NCBI GenBank assembly: GCA_009380075.1 | Contig: WHSO01000006.1 | Coordinates: 13,930-77,929 of the forward strand | From: Alphaproteobacteria bacterium | GTDB taxonomy: Bacteria; Pseudomonadota; Alphaproteobacteria; SMXQ01 | Length of the DNA: 64,000 bases | Reading direction: 5' to 3' | In this document: positions 44,433 through 54,602 of the stretch, one piece after another | Layout of the letters: the number at the start of each line of letters is the position of its first letter | Numbering within the stretch: position 1 is the first letter of the stretch | Notes under the pieces: generated by a model | Told to the model about the DNA's origin: nothing | The model's database searches: none | Seen by the model: only the letters and a program-made list of their open reading frames with translations | Translations under genes and position numbers: made by a program

Positions 44433-45023
44433 ATGTTCCAACGTCTTGCCGCAGTCCTCGCTTCGCTCCTCGTCACTTTTGGCCTTACCATCGCCCCTAT
44501 GTCCACCGCCACCGCCGCCGATAACGCACCACGCGTCAGGCTCACCACCAACATGGGCGCCATCGTCCTCGAGCTCGATGCCGCGCGCGCGCCCAAGACG
44601 GTGGAGAACTTCCTCACCTACGTCCGCGCCGGGTTCTACGACGGCACCATCTTCCACCGCGTCATCCGCGGCTTCATGATCCAGGGCGGCGGCATGGTGC
44701 CGGGGCTGGAGCGCAAGCCGACGCGCGGGCCGATCCCCAACGAGGCCGACAACGGGCTGAAGAATGTCGCCGGCACCATCGCCATGGCGCGCACCGGCGA
44801 CCCGCATTCGGCGACGGCGCAGTTCTTCATCAACACCGTCGACAACCGGGCCCTCGATCATCGGGACAAGTCGCCGCAGGGCTGGGGCTATACCGTCTTC
44901 GGCCGCGTCATCGAGGGCATGGACGTGGTGCGCATCATCGAGGGCGGGCCGACGGGGCCGTCCGCCGGCTTCATGGACGTGCCGACGTCCGACGTGATCA
45001 TCACCAAGGCGGAAATTCTCTAG
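44433..45023 (+). CDS. Cyclophilin-type peptidyl-prolyl isomerase (secreted)
   Basis: [40 protein letters not shown] and GYTVFGRV. Confidence 0.95.
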   Translation: MFQRLAAVLASLLVTFGLTIAPMSTATAADNAPRVRLTTNMGAIVLELDAARAPKTVENFLTYVRAGFYDGTIFHRVIRGFMIQGGGMVPGLERKPTRGPIPNEADNGLKNVAGTIAMARTGDPHSATAQFFINTVDNRALDHRDKSPQGWGYTVFGRVIEGMDVVRIIEGGPTGPSAGFMDVPTSDVIITKAEIL

Positions 45024-45997
45024 ATCCCCAGCGCCTTGAGCTGCCCTTCCGGGTAGCGGGTGCCGCGGGCGGCATCGTCGGGGAAGGCGGCGCCGAGGCG
45101 CGCGACCTCGTCGGCGCTGAGAGCAACGTCGGCGGCGGCCGCATTCTCGGCGACATGGGCGGGCCGATGCCCGCCGGGAATCGACACCACCCCTTGGGCC
45201 GCGAGCCACGCCAGGGCGATCTGGGCCGGCGTCGCGCCCCTGGCCTTCGCGATCTCCCGGACCGTGCCGAGGAGTGCGAGGTTATGGTCGAAGTTCTCGG
45301 GCGCGTAGCGCGGCATGTCGCGACGGCGGTCCTTGGCGTGGAGGTCGTCGGGGCTGGCGAAGCGGCCGGTCAGGAACCCGCGGCCGAGCGGCGCATAGGC
45401 GACGAAGGCGATGCCGAGGTCGCGGCAGGTCGGCAGGATGTCCGCTTCCGGGAACCGCGACCACAGCGAGTATTCCGTCTGCAGCGCGGCGATGGGATGC
45501 GTTGCGTGGGCGCGGCGGATGGTGGCGGGGCCCGCCTCCGACAGGCCGAGCGCGCGGACCTTGCCGGCCTCGACCAGACGGGCCATGGCGCCGACGGTCT
45601 CCTCGATCGGCGTGTCGGGATCGACCCGGTGCTGGTAGAACACGTCGATGACGTCGGTCTGAAGGCGGTGGAGGCAGGCGTCGGCCGCCTCGGCCACGTA
45701 TTCCGGCCGGCCGTTCACCGCGCGGCGCCCGTCGGGGTAGCGGATGTTGCCGAACTTGGTGGCGAGGATGACCTTGTCGCGCCGGCCCCGGAGGGCGCGG
45801 CCGAGGAATTCCTCGTTCTTGCCGTCGGCATAGGCGTCGGAGGTATCGAGGAAATTGGCGCCGGCGTCGATGGCCGCGTCGATGGCCTTCAGGTTCTCGG
45901 TCTCGTCGGGCGGCGAATAGATCGGCGTCATGCCCATGCAGCCGAGCCCGATGACGGGCACCCGCACAAGGGTTGCTTTTAGTTGAATGCTTTTCAT
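45020..45997 (-). CDS. Aldo/keto reductase
   Basis: GLGCMGM, DTSDAY, LATKFG, YQHRVDP and QTEYSLWSR. Confidence 0.94.
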   Translation of the reverse strand: MKSIQLKATLVRVPVIGLGCMGMTPIYSPPDETENLKAIDAAIDAGANFLDTSDAYADGKNEEFLGRALRGRRDKVILATKFGNIRYPDGRRAVNGRPEYVAEAADACLHRLQTDVIDVFYQHRVDPDTPIEETVGAMARLVEAGKVRALGLSEAGPATIRRAHATHPIAALQTEYSLWSRFPEADILPTCRDLGIAFVAYAPLGRGFLTGRFASPDDLHAKDRRRDMPRYAPENFDHNLALLGTVREIAKARGATPAQIALAWLAAQGVVSIPGGHRPAHVAENAAAADVALSADEVARLGAAFPDDAARGTRYPEGQLKALGI

Positions 45998-46177
45998 CGC
46001 AGGTCTCCGCTTGGTCGGTGGTGGATGGGCGGGACGCGTGCTGAACGAAAACGCCGTTGCGGCCGGATTCCCGATTGATTTCAATTCGTTGCGACCCTGC
46101 TCGGCGCGCTGGAAATCGGGTTTCGTTCTGTTATGTTACGTCAGAATTATACAGAAAAATCAACGGGAGACGACAAA

Positions 46178-47788
46178 GTGGCGGACCCTGCATCCATGCC
46201 CGCGGGCGTCGCGTTCAAGGCGCCGGTCATCGACGACTACAAGCACATCCTGACGCCCGAGGCCGTCGCCTTCGTGGCCGAGATCGAGCGCCGCTTCGGT
46301 TCGCGCCGGCGCGAGCTCCTTGACGCCCGCCAAGAGGTCCAGAAAAAGCTCGATTCCGGCTGGCGCCCCGATTTCCTCGAGGAAACCCGCGATACCCGGG
46401 AACGCGACTGGACGGTGGCGCCGCTGCCCCAGGACCTCCTCGACCGCCGTGTCGAGATCACCGGGCCGACCGACCGCAAGATGGTGATCAACGCGCTCAA
46501 CTGCGGCGCCTCCGTCTTCATGACCGATTTCGAGGACGCCAACGCGCCGACCTGGGACAACATGGTGCGCGGCCAGGTCAACCTCTACGACGCGGCGCGC
46601 CGCACCATCAGCTTCGACGACCCGGTGACCAAGCGCCATTACGCGCTCAACGACACGACCGCGGTTCTGCTGGTGCGCCCGCGCGGCTGGCACCTGCCGG
46701 AAGCGCACATGCTGGTCGACGGTGAACCCGTGACCGGCGCCTTCTTCGACTTCGGCCTGTTCTTCTTCCACAACGCCAAGGAACAAATCGCCCGCGGCAC
46801 CGGGCCCTATTTCTACCTGCCGAAGATGGAGCACTACCTCGAAGTGCGCCTGTGGAACGACGTGTTCAACTTCGCCCAGGACACCCTCGGCATCCCGCGT
46901 GGCACGATCAAGGCGACGATCCTGATTGAAACCATCCTTGCCGCCTTCCAGATGGACGAGTTCCTGTGGGAGATCCGGGATCACTCGGCCGGCCTCAACT
47001 GCGGGCGCTGGGACTACATCTTTTCGTTCATCAAGCGCTTCCGCAACGACCCCGCCTTCGTGCTGCCCGACCGCGGCCTCGTCACCATGGCGAGCCACTT
47101 CCTGTCCAGCTACTCGCAGCTCCTGATCAAGACCTGCCATCGCCGCAACGTCCACGCCATGGGCGGCATGGCGGCGCAGATTCCCATCCGCGGCGACGAC
47201 AAGGCCAACGCCGAGGCGCTGGAGAAGGTCCGCCAGGACAAGCTGCGCGAGGTCAGGAACGGTCACGACGGCACCTGGGTCGCGCATCCGGGCCTCGTCG
47301 CCGTCGCCAAGGCGGTGTTCGACGAATACATGCCGCAACCCAACCAGATCGACAACAAGCGTGAGGACGTGAACGTCACCGCGGCGGACCTGCTCAAGGT
47401 CGCCGAAGGGCCGATCACCGAGGCGGGCTTCCGCCAGAACATCAACGTCGGGCTCCTCTATACAGAGTCCTGGCTGCGCGGGAACGGCTGCGTGCCGCTT
47501 TACAACCTGATGGAAGACGCCGCTACCGCCGAGATTTCGCGCACCCAACTGTGGCAGTGGGTGCGCTACAAGGCGAAGCGCGCTGACGGGAAGACCATCG
47601 ACGACGGCTTGTTCAAGAAGACGCTGGACGAGGAAGTCGCCAAGATCAAGCACGGCATCAATGACGCGGCACGGGCCAAAGCCGTCGATGCCGCTGCCGA
47701 CCTCTTCCGCAAGATGGTGCTGACCAGGGAATTTTCCGAGTTCCTGACACTGCCCGCCTACGATTGGGTGGTGGAACACGGCGCCTGA
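46178..47788 (+). CDS. aceB: Malate synthase A
   Basis: DRRVEITGP, VRPRGWHL, GLNCGRWDYIFS and LMEDAATAEISR. Confidence 0.96.
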   Translation: MADPASMPAGVAFKAPVIDDYKHILTPEAVAFVAEIERRFGSRRRELLDARQEVQKKLDSGWRPDFLEETRDTRERDWTVAPLPQDLLDRRVEITGPTDRKMVINALNCGASVFMTDFEDANAPTWDNMVRGQVNLYDAARRTISFDDPVTKRHYALNDTTAVLLVRPRGWHLPEAHMLVDGEPVTGAFFDFGLFFFHNAKEQIARGTGPYFYLPKMEHYLEVRLWNDVFNFAQDTLGIPRGTIKATILIETILAAFQMDEFLWEIRDHSAGLNCGRWDYIFSFIKRFRNDPAFVLPDRGLVTMASHFLSSYSQLLIKTCHRRNVHAMGGMAAQIPIRGDDKANAEALEKVRQDKLREVRNGHDGTWVAHPGLVAVAKAVFDEYMPQPNQIDNKREDVNVTAADLLKVAEGPITEAGFRQNINVGLLYTESWLRGNGCVPLYNLMEDAATAEISRTQLWQWVRYKAKRADGKTIDDGLFKKTLDEEVAKIKHGINDAARAKAVDAAADLFRKMVLTREFSEFLTLPAYDWVVEHGA

Positions 47789-47808
47789 CCGGACGGGGGG
47801 CCGGCACG

Positions 47809-48774
47809 ATGAGCGACATCTGGAGCGCGGCCTATACCGCGAAGAAGGGCGATGTGGCCCTCTACATGTGGCGCAAGCACGAGGGCACGCCCATCGGGGC
47901 GGCGCCCCGGCCGGTGCTGTTCCTGGTGCACGGCTCGTCGTTCTCGGGCCCATCCGGGTTCGACCTGACCGTCCCCGGCCACGACGACTATTCGCTCATG
48001 GACGCCTTCGCCCGGCGCGGCTACGACGTCTGGACCGTGGACCATGAAGGCTACGGCCGTTCCGGCTGGCGCGAGGGCTACCGCGCCACCATCGCCGACG
48101 GGGTCGACGACCTCAGGGCCGCCGTGGCGGTGGTGCGCGAACAGACCGGCCTCGAATCGTATTTCTTCTACGGCCAGTCGTCGGGGGCGCTGCGGCTCGC
48201 GAGCTTCGCCGCCGCCTGCCCCGAAGCCTGCGCCCGCATCGTGCTCGACGCCTTCGTCTGGACCGGCGAGGGCGCGCCGACCCTGATCGAGCGGCGCAAG
48301 AAGCTCGACCAGTGGACGGGCTCGAACGCGCGGTCCGTGGATCGGGCCTTCTACCGTTCCATCTTCAACCGCGACCTGCCCGGCACCTCGGACCCGGCGG
48401 TGCCCGACGCACTCGCCGACGCGGAGCTCGAGCTCTGCGACAGGGTGCCGACCGGCACCTACGCCGACATGTGCGCCAACCTGCCGACGGTGGACCCGCT
48501 CGATATCGTCTGCCCGACCCTGATCCTGCGCGGCGAGCACGACGGCATTGCGACGGAGGAAGACCTCTTCGCCTTCTTCATGCGCCTGCCCAACACCGAT
48601 AAGCAGTTCTCCATCATCGAGGGACAGGCCCATGTCTCGCCACTTGGGCTGAACCGCCGGCGCTTCTGGCACGTCATGGACGGGTTCCTGAAGATGCCGG
48701 TGCGCCGCGATCCCTACCTCGCCGAAGACCGCGACAAGATCGCGGAAAAGCGCCGCGCCGGAGGCCGGGCATGA
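47809..48774 (+). CDS. Alpha/beta-fold hydrolase
   Basis: LVHGSS, DHEGYGRS, GQSSG nucleophile elbow, HDGIA and QAH. Confidence 0.88.
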   Translation: MSDIWSAAYTAKKGDVALYMWRKHEGTPIGAAPRPVLFLVHGSSFSGPSGFDLTVPGHDDYSLMDAFARRGYDVWTVDHEGYGRSGWREGYRATIADGVDDLRAAVAVVREQTGLESYFFYGQSSGALRLASFAAACPEACARIVLDAFVWTGEGAPTLIERRKKLDQWTGSNARSVDRAFYRSIFNRDLPGTSDPAVPDALADAELELCDRVPTGTYADMCANLPTVDPLDIVCPTLILRGEHDGIATEEDLFAFFMRLPNTDKQFSIIEGQAHVSPLGLNRRRFWHVMDGFLKMPVRRDPYLAEDRDKIAEKRRAGGRA

Positions 48775-49679
48775 GCCGCATCCGCGCACAGGAATACACG
48801 GTCAAGAAGGGTAACGTGCCGCTCCACGTCTACCGCAAGCACGCCGCCGGCGCGGGTGCAGGGGGGCCGCGCCCGGTCCTGTTCCTGGTGCACGGCTCGT
48901 CGTTCTCGGGCCGCTCGGGCTTCGACCTGCAGGTGCCGGGCAAGGACGACTATTCGATGATGGATCACTTCGCCCGCCTCGGCTGCGACGTCTGGACCAT
49001 GGACCATGAAGGCTACGGCCGCTCCGGCTGGGGCGATGGCGCGTTCTCCTACGTGAAGGAAGGCGTGGACGATCTCAAGGCGGCCATGCCGGTGGTCGAA
49101 GCGGAGACCGGCGCGAAATCCATGCTCATGTATGGCGGCTCGTCGGGCGCGCTGCGGGCCGTCTGTTTTGCGGCCGCCTGCCCGGAGAAGGTGTCGCGCC
49201 TCGCCCTCGCCGCCATGGTCTATACCGGCAAGGGCTCGCCGACGCTCGCGGAGCGGGCGAAGAAGCTCGACCTGTGGAAATCCTCAAACAAGCGCCCCGT
49301 CGATCACGCCTTCTTCTCGACCATCTTCACCCGCGACAAGCCCGGCACGTCGGAGGACGTGGTGGCGAAGGCGCTCGCCGATTCGGAGGCGCCGCTCTGC
49401 ACCCACGTGCCGACCGGCACCTACATCGACATGTGCGCGCACCTGCCGCTGGTCGAGCCCGAGGCGGTGACCTGCCCGACCCTGCTGGTGCGGTCCGAGC
49501 ACGACGGCATCGCCACCGACGAGGACGTGATGGAGTTCTTCGCCCGGCTACCCAACAAGGACAAGCAGTTCACCATGATGGACGGCCAGTCCCACGCGGC
49601 GACGTTGGGCCTCAACCGCCACCGTTTCTGTCACGTGCTGCACGTCTTCCTGTCGATGCCGGCGAAGGCGAGGGCCTAA
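48771..49679 (+). CDS. Alpha/beta-fold hydrolase (tandem paralog)
   Basis: LVHGSS, DHEGYGRS, GGSSG, HDGIA and QSH; ATGA overlap with the upstream paralog. Confidence 0.88.
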   Translation: MSRIRAQEYTVKKGNVPLHVYRKHAAGAGAGGPRPVLFLVHGSSFSGRSGFDLQVPGKDDYSMMDHFARLGCDVWTMDHEGYGRSGWGDGAFSYVKEGVDDLKAAMPVVEAETGAKSMLMYGGSSGALRAVCFAAACPEKVSRLALAAMVYTGKGSPTLAERAKKLDLWKSSNKRPVDHAFFSTIFTRDKPGTSEDVVAKALADSEAPLCTHVPTGTYIDMCAHLPLVEPEAVTCPTLLVRSEHDGIATDEDVMEFFARLPNKDKQFTMMDGQSHAATLGLNRHRFCHVLHVFLSMPAKARA

Positions 49680-52036
49680 GCGCTTTTTTCCTTCGCCTTT
49701 TGAATCTCCCGCCACACGGATTCGGACGTGACCGGCATTTCGATATGCCGGATGCCGAAGGGCGACAGCGCATCGACGGTGGCGTTGACGACGACGGCGA
49801 GCGCCGGGGTCGTGCCGCCTTCGCCGCCGCCGCGCACGCCGAGCTTGTTGCGGGGCGAGGGCACTTCGTGGATCGCGACCTTGAAGTCCGGCAGCCGGTG
49901 GGCCCGCGGCATGGCGTAGTCCATGAACGTCCCGGCCATGAGCTGCGCCGTCTCCGGTGCATAGACCATGTGCTCCCACAGCGCCTGGCCGATGCCCTGC
50001 GTGGCGCCGCCGTGGCTCTGGCCGCGCAGGATCAGCGGGTTGATGGCGCGGCCGACGTCGTCCACCGCGGCATAGGCAACGATGTCGGTGTGGCCGGTCT
50101 CGGGGTCGATCTCCACCTCGCAGACGTGGCAGCCGTAGGGGAAGGAGCCGAGGTGCACGATCTCGTCGCAGGTGGCGGCGAGCGGCCCGCGCAGGTCGTC
50201 GGGCAGGGTGTCGTCGGTCTCCGCCGCGCCGGCGATCTCGAAGATATCGAGGGACCGGTTGGTGCCGTCGAGCTTGAAGCGGCCATCCTCGAAGCGGATG
50301 CGCTCGGCCGCCGCGCCGAGCACATGGGCGGCGATGCGGATCGCCTTGTCGCGGATGTCGTCGCTCGCCTTGCCGATGACGATGCCGGCCATGCGCATGG
50401 AGCGTGCCGAATGGGAGCCGCCGCCCTCGTGCACCACGGCGGTGTCGCCGGTGATCAGGCGGACGCTGTCGGCGGGAACGCCGAGCCAGTCCACCAGGAG
50501 CTGGGCGAAGCTGGTCTCGTGCCCCTGGCCCGACGACAGGGTGCCGATGACGAGGTCCACATGGCCGTCGCCGTGGACGGTGATGTCGGTGCGCTCGCGC
50601 GGGTAGCCGCCGGTGAGCTCCAGGTAATTGGAGACGCCGATGCCGCGCAGCTTGCCGCGCGCCGCCGCTTCCCTGCGCCGGGCCGCGAACCCGTCCCAGC
50701 CGCCCATAGCGAGCGCCAGCGACATCACCTTGTCGTAGGCACCGCAGTCGTAGGGCAGGCCGAGGGCATTGGTGTAGCCCTCGCCGATACGCGGGATGAA
50801 ATTGCGCCGACGGATCTCGACGCGGTCGAAGCCGTGCGCGGCGCAGGCGATGTCGATCAGGCGCTCGAGGATGAACATGGCCTCCGGCCGGCCGGATGAG
50901 CGGTAGTTGTTGACCGGCGGCTTGTTGCTCATCACCGCCTGGGCGCGGAAATGGGCGGCCGGGATGTCGTAGACGCCGGTCATCAGCTCGACGCCTTTGA
51001 TCAGTGGGACAAAAGTAATTGGATAGGCGCCGAGGTTGAGGCAATTGGTGCCGTGGATGGCGAGGAAACGGCCGTCCGCGTCGAGCGCGAGCTCCACGTC
51101 GGCGGTCAGGTCGCGCCCCTGATAGTCGCTGAGGAAGGATTCGCTGCGCGCGGCGGTCCATTTGACCGGGCGGCCTAGGCGCTTTGCCGCCCAGACCACC
51201 AGCGGGAATTCCGGATAGATGGCGTTGCGGGTGCCGAAATTGCCGCCCACTTCCATCGCCGTGACGCGGACCTTGTCTTCCTGGATGCCGAGAATGGCGG
51301 CGACCTCGCGCCGCTGGCGCACGACGCCGCCCGAACCCGCGTGGAGCGTGTGCATGCCGGTATCGGGATCGTAGGCGCCCACCGCCGCGCGCGGTTCCAT
51401 CGGCACGCCGGTGACGCGCTGGATGCGGGTCGAAAGCTTCACGACATGGGCGGCGCGGGCGAAGGCGGCCTCGGTCGCCGCCGGGTCGCCGGCGTCGGCA
51501 TCGACCAGCAGGTTGCTCGCCTGGTCGTCCCACAGCCGCGGCGCATCCGGTGACGCGGCCGCTTTCGCCTCGGTGACGGAGGGCAGGGGTTCGTAGTCCA
51601 CGGCGACCATCTCTGCCGCGTCCTGGGCCTCTGCCCGGGTCTCGGCGACGACGAGGGCCACCGCCTCGCCGTTGAAGCGGACCCGGTCGCGTGCCAGCAT
51701 GAACTGGGGCGGCGACACCGGCACCTTGCCGGAGCGGTGGGTGAGCTGGATGTCCGGCGGGCCGGAGCGCGGCGGCGGGTGATGGATCGGCCGGACGCCG
51801 TCGGCGGCGGCATCGTCGGCCGTCAGCACCGCGACGACGCCGGGGGACGCCAGCGCCGCCGTCGTGTCGATGCGGCGGATGCGCGCGTGGCCGTGGGGCG
51901 ACCGCACCATGGCGGCGTGAAGCTGGCCCGGCAGGTTCACGTCGTCGGAATAGGTGCCGCGCCCGGTCAGCAGCCGGCCGTCCTCGCGGCGCGGCAGGGG
52001 CGCGCCGATCCCGGTGTTGACGGTGACGGTGGCCAT
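49676..52036 (-). CDS. Xanthine dehydrogenase/CoxL-family molybdopterin-binding subunit
   Basis: RREDGRLLTGRG, VGGNFG, GQGHETSFAQ, DDVGRAINP and GVRGGGEGG; active-site loop NYRSSGR. Confidence 0.92.
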   Translation of the reverse strand: MATVTVNTGIGAPLPRREDGRLLTGRGTYSDDVNLPGQLHAAMVRSPHGHARIRRIDTTAALASPGVVAVLTADDAAADGVRPIHHPPPRSGPPDIQLTHRSGKVPVSPPQFMLARDRVRFNGEAVALVVAETRAEAQDAAEMVAVDYEPLPSVTEAKAAASPDAPRLWDDQASNLLVDADAGDPAATEAAFARAAHVVKLSTRIQRVTGVPMEPRAAVGAYDPDTGMHTLHAGSGGVVRQRREVAAILGIQEDKVRVTAMEVGGNFGTRNAIYPEFPLVVWAAKRLGRPVKWTAARSESFLSDYQGRDLTADVELALDADGRFLAIHGTNCLNLGAYPITFVPLIKGVELMTGVYDIPAAHFRAQAVMSNKPPVNNYRSSGRPEAMFILERLIDIACAAHGFDRVEIRRRNFIPRIGEGYTNALGLPYDCGAYDKVMSLALAMGGWDGFAARRREAAARGKLRGIGVSNYLELTGGYPRERTDITVHGDGHVDLVIGTLSSGQGHETSFAQLLVDWLGVPADSVRLITGDTAVVHEGGGSHSARSMRMAGIVIGKASDDIRDKAIRIAAHVLGAAAERIRFEDGRFKLDGTNRSLDIFEIAGAAETDDTLPDDLRGPLAATCDEIVHLGSFPYGCHVCEVEIDPETGHTDIVAYAAVDDVGRAINPLILRGQSHGGATQGIGQALWEHMVYAPETAQLMAGTFMDYAMPRAHRLPDFKVAIHEVPSPRNKLGVRGGGEGGTTPALAVVVNATVDALSPFGIRHIEMPVTSESVWREIQKAKEKSA

Positions 52037-52040
52037 GGTG

Positions 52041-53039
52041 TCAGTCCGCCGCCGGGCGGGTGTAGACCCCCGCCGCTTCGGCCCGCTGCTGGACCAGCGC
52101 CAGCACCGCGTCGATATGGGGCGTCGCCACGCCGGTGAGGCGACCCATCTCCTGCACCGCGGTGACCAGGGCGTCGATCTCCATCGGCCGTCCGCGCTCC
52201 AGGTCCTGCAGCATCGAGGTCTTGTGGGCGCCGACCGCGGCGGCGCCGTCGATACGCTTGTCGACCGAGACGGGGAATTTGACGCCAAGCGCCTCGCCGA
52301 TCGCCTGGGCCTCGGCCATCATGGCGCGGGCCAGCGCCCGGGTGCCGGGGTCGGTGGCAATGACATCAAGGGTGGCATGGGTCAGCGCCGAGATCGGGTT
52401 GAAGCAGAGATTGCCCCACAGCTTGATCCAGATCTCGTCGCGGATGCGCGGGCGCACCGGCGCCTTGAGCCCGGCCGCGATCAGGGCGGTGGAGAAGGCT
52501 TCGATCCGCGCAGTCTTTTCGCCGCTGGGCTCGCCCAGCGTGAAGCGGTCGCCGGAGACGTGCCGGATGACGCCGGGCTCGGGCACCTCGCAGGCCGGAT
52601 AGACGATACAGCCGATGGCGCGCTCGGGGCCGATGCCGTCCCACTGCACGTCGCCAGGATCGACGCTGGCGAGGCGGCGGCCGTCATGGGGGCCGCCGTG
52701 GCCGTAGAAGTACCACCACGGCACGCCGTTGACCGCCCAGACGACGGCAGTGTCGGGGCCGAGCAGCGGCTGCATCGCGGGAACGACGGCGGGCACCGAA
52801 TGGGCCTTGAGGCTGATGACGACATAGTCCTGCGGCCCGGCATCGCGCGGATCCTCCACTGCTGTGGGGCGCAGCACGGTCTCCTTGCCGTCCTCGATCA
52901 GGCGAAGGCCCTTGTCCTGCATGGCCTTCAGGTGCGGCCCGCGCGCGATCAGCGTCACTTTGGCATCGGTGGCGAGCAGCCTCGCGCCGATGTAGCCGCC
53001 GATGGCACCGGCGCCGAAGACACAGACGCGGATCGTCAC
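52041..53039 (-). CDS. Ketopantoate reductase family protein, probable oxalyl-CoA reductase (PanE2-like)
   Basis: GAGAIGG, NGVPWWYF, WIKLWGNLCFNPISAL and HKTSMLQD; overlaps the CoA ligase stop. Confidence 0.8.
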   Translation of the reverse strand: MTIRVCVFGAGAIGGYIGARLLATDAKVTLIARGPHLKAMQDKGLRLIEDGKETVLRPTAVEDPRDAGPQDYVVISLKAHSVPAVVPAMQPLLGPDTAVVWAVNGVPWWYFYGHGGPHDGRRLASVDPGDVQWDGIGPERAIGCIVYPACEVPEPGVIRHVSGDRFTLGEPSGEKTARIEAFSTALIAAGLKAPVRPRIRDEIWIKLWGNLCFNPISALTHATLDVIATDPGTRALARAMMAEAQAIGEALGVKFPVSVDKRIDGAAAVGAHKTSMLQDLERGRPMEIDALVTAVQEMGRLTGVATPHIDAVLALVQQRAEAAGVYTRPAAD

Positions 53040-54568
53040 GCGCCGGCCCCGAGGCCGAGCTTTTCCGCCAGCCCGATGCGCTGCAGCTTGCCCGTCGCCC
53101 CCTTGGGGATTTCGGCGACGAACAGGATCTTGCGCGGCACCTTGAATTCGGCCAGCCGCTTGCGGGCGAACTCGCGCAATTCGTTCTCCGTGCAGGCCTT
53201 GCCCTCGCGCAGCACCACGGCGGCGGCGACCTCCTCGCCGAGCTTCGGATGCGGCATGGCAAAGGTGACGACCTGCCCGACTGCCTCGTGGTCGAGCAGC
53301 ACCTCGTCCACCTCGCGGGGCGAAATCTTTTCGCCGCCGCGGTTGATGATTTCCTTCAGGCGCCCGGTAATGGCGAGATAACCCTCCGCATCCATCACGC
53401 CCTGGTCGCCGGTGCGGAACCAGCCGTTGGTGAAGGCCTCGGCGTTGGCCTTGGCATTGGCCTCGTAGCCCGGCGTGACGTTGGGGCCGCGGATGACGAT
53501 CTCCCCCGTCTCGCCACGGGCCAGAAGCTTGCCGTCCATGGCCATGATGGCAATGTCGGGTCCGGCGGGGATGCCGACCGTGCCGGGCTTGCGTGGGTTG
53601 GGTGGCAGCGGGTTCGACGCCATCTGGTGGGCGGCCTCGGTCATGCCGTAGGCCTCGATCACCGGCGCGCCGAAGACGCGCTCGAGCTCGGCCATCACCT
53701 GGGGCGGCAGCGACGACGACGACGAACGGACGAAGCGCAGTGGGTTACGGCCTATGATCTCCGCGTTGCGCTCGGCGCGCGCGAGGATCGCCTGGTGCAT
53801 GGTCGGCACGGCGGTGTACCAGGTCGGATGCACCTCGTCCATCCAGCCGAAGAACCGGAGCGCGTTGAACCCCGGCGAGCAGAACACGGCAGCGCCGGCG
53901 CCGACGGAGGACAGCACCGCCGCGATCAGCCCGTGGATGTGGAACAGCGGCATGATGTTGAGGCAGCGGTCGGCGGGCGTCAGCGCCAGAGTCGTGGCGA
54001 TGTGCCGGGCCGAGGCGGCGACATTGCCCTGGGTCAGTGGCACGATCTTGGGTCGCGACGTGGTGCCCGAAGTGTGCAGCACCAGCGCCACGTCGCCCGC
54101 TTCCGCCATGCCCGCCTTCGTCGCGGTGTCGCCCTTGCCGGCGGCGGGTAGGGCGAAGGTGCCGGCGGGGTCGTCCGGCCCCCACGAGATTTCATGCACC
54201 GGCACGTTCAGCTTCTTCGCCACCGCTATGGCGGGCGAGGTGCTGCCCCGTTCGACGACCAGCGCCCTGGCGCCGAGGTCGGAGAGATAGAACTCGAATT
54301 CCTCGGCCTTGTAGTCGGGGTTGAGCGGCGCCGTCGTCGCCCCGCAGGCGATGGCGAGGAACGCGGTTGCCATCTCCGGCCCGTTGGGCAGCACGATGGC
54401 GACGCGGTCGCCCCGCCCGATGCCGAGGGCGTTGAGGTCGCGAACGGTCCGTTCCGCCAGGGCGCGCAGCCCGGCGAAGTCGAGCGTCGCCCGTCCAGGC
54501 GCGCCGATGGCGGGCGCGCCGGCGCCGCCGGCGGCGAGGAGGTTTCCTACAGTCGTGAACTCGGTCAT
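53036..54568 (-). CDS. Acyl-CoA synthetase, probable oxalate--CoA ligase
   Basis: LHTSGTTSRPK, MPLFHIHGL, WYTAVPTMHQ, RSSSSSL and YGMTEAAHQMASN, resembling the AAE3/Pcs60 group. Confidence 0.8.
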   Translation of the reverse strand: MTEFTTVGNLLAAGGAGAPAIGAPGRATLDFAGLRALAERTVRDLNALGIGRGDRVAIVLPNGPEMATAFLAIACGATTAPLNPDYKAEEFEFYLSDLGARALVVERGSTSPAIAVAKKLNVPVHEISWGPDDPAGTFALPAAGKGDTATKAGMAEAGDVALVLHTSGTTSRPKIVPLTQGNVAASARHIATTLALTPADRCLNIMPLFHIHGLIAAVLSSVGAGAAVFCSPGFNALRFFGWMDEVHPTWYTAVPTMHQAILARAERNAEIIGRNPLRFVRSSSSSLPPQVMAELERVFGAPVIEAYGMTEAAHQMASNPLPPNPRKPGTVGIPAGPDIAIMAMDGKLLARGETGEIVIRGPNVTPGYEANAKANAEAFTNGWFRTGDQGVMDAEGYLAITGRLKEIINRGGEKISPREVDEVLLDHEAVGQVVTFAMPHPKLGEEVAAAVVLREGKACTENELREFARKRLAEFKVPRKILFVAEIPKGATGKLQRIGLAEKLGLGAGA

Positions 54569-54602
54569 GTCTTACGGTCCGCTTGATCGATGATGTTGTG
54601 GT

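Noticed and set aside
46126-46158. TTCTGT..ACAGAA inverted repeat upstream of aceB
   Set aside because: A plausible operator, but the arms are only 6 bp and no cognate regulator is nearby.
49676-52036. Aerobic CO dehydrogenase call
   Set aside because: It lacks the Cu-binding AYxCSFR motif, and coxMS and the accessory genes are not adjacent.
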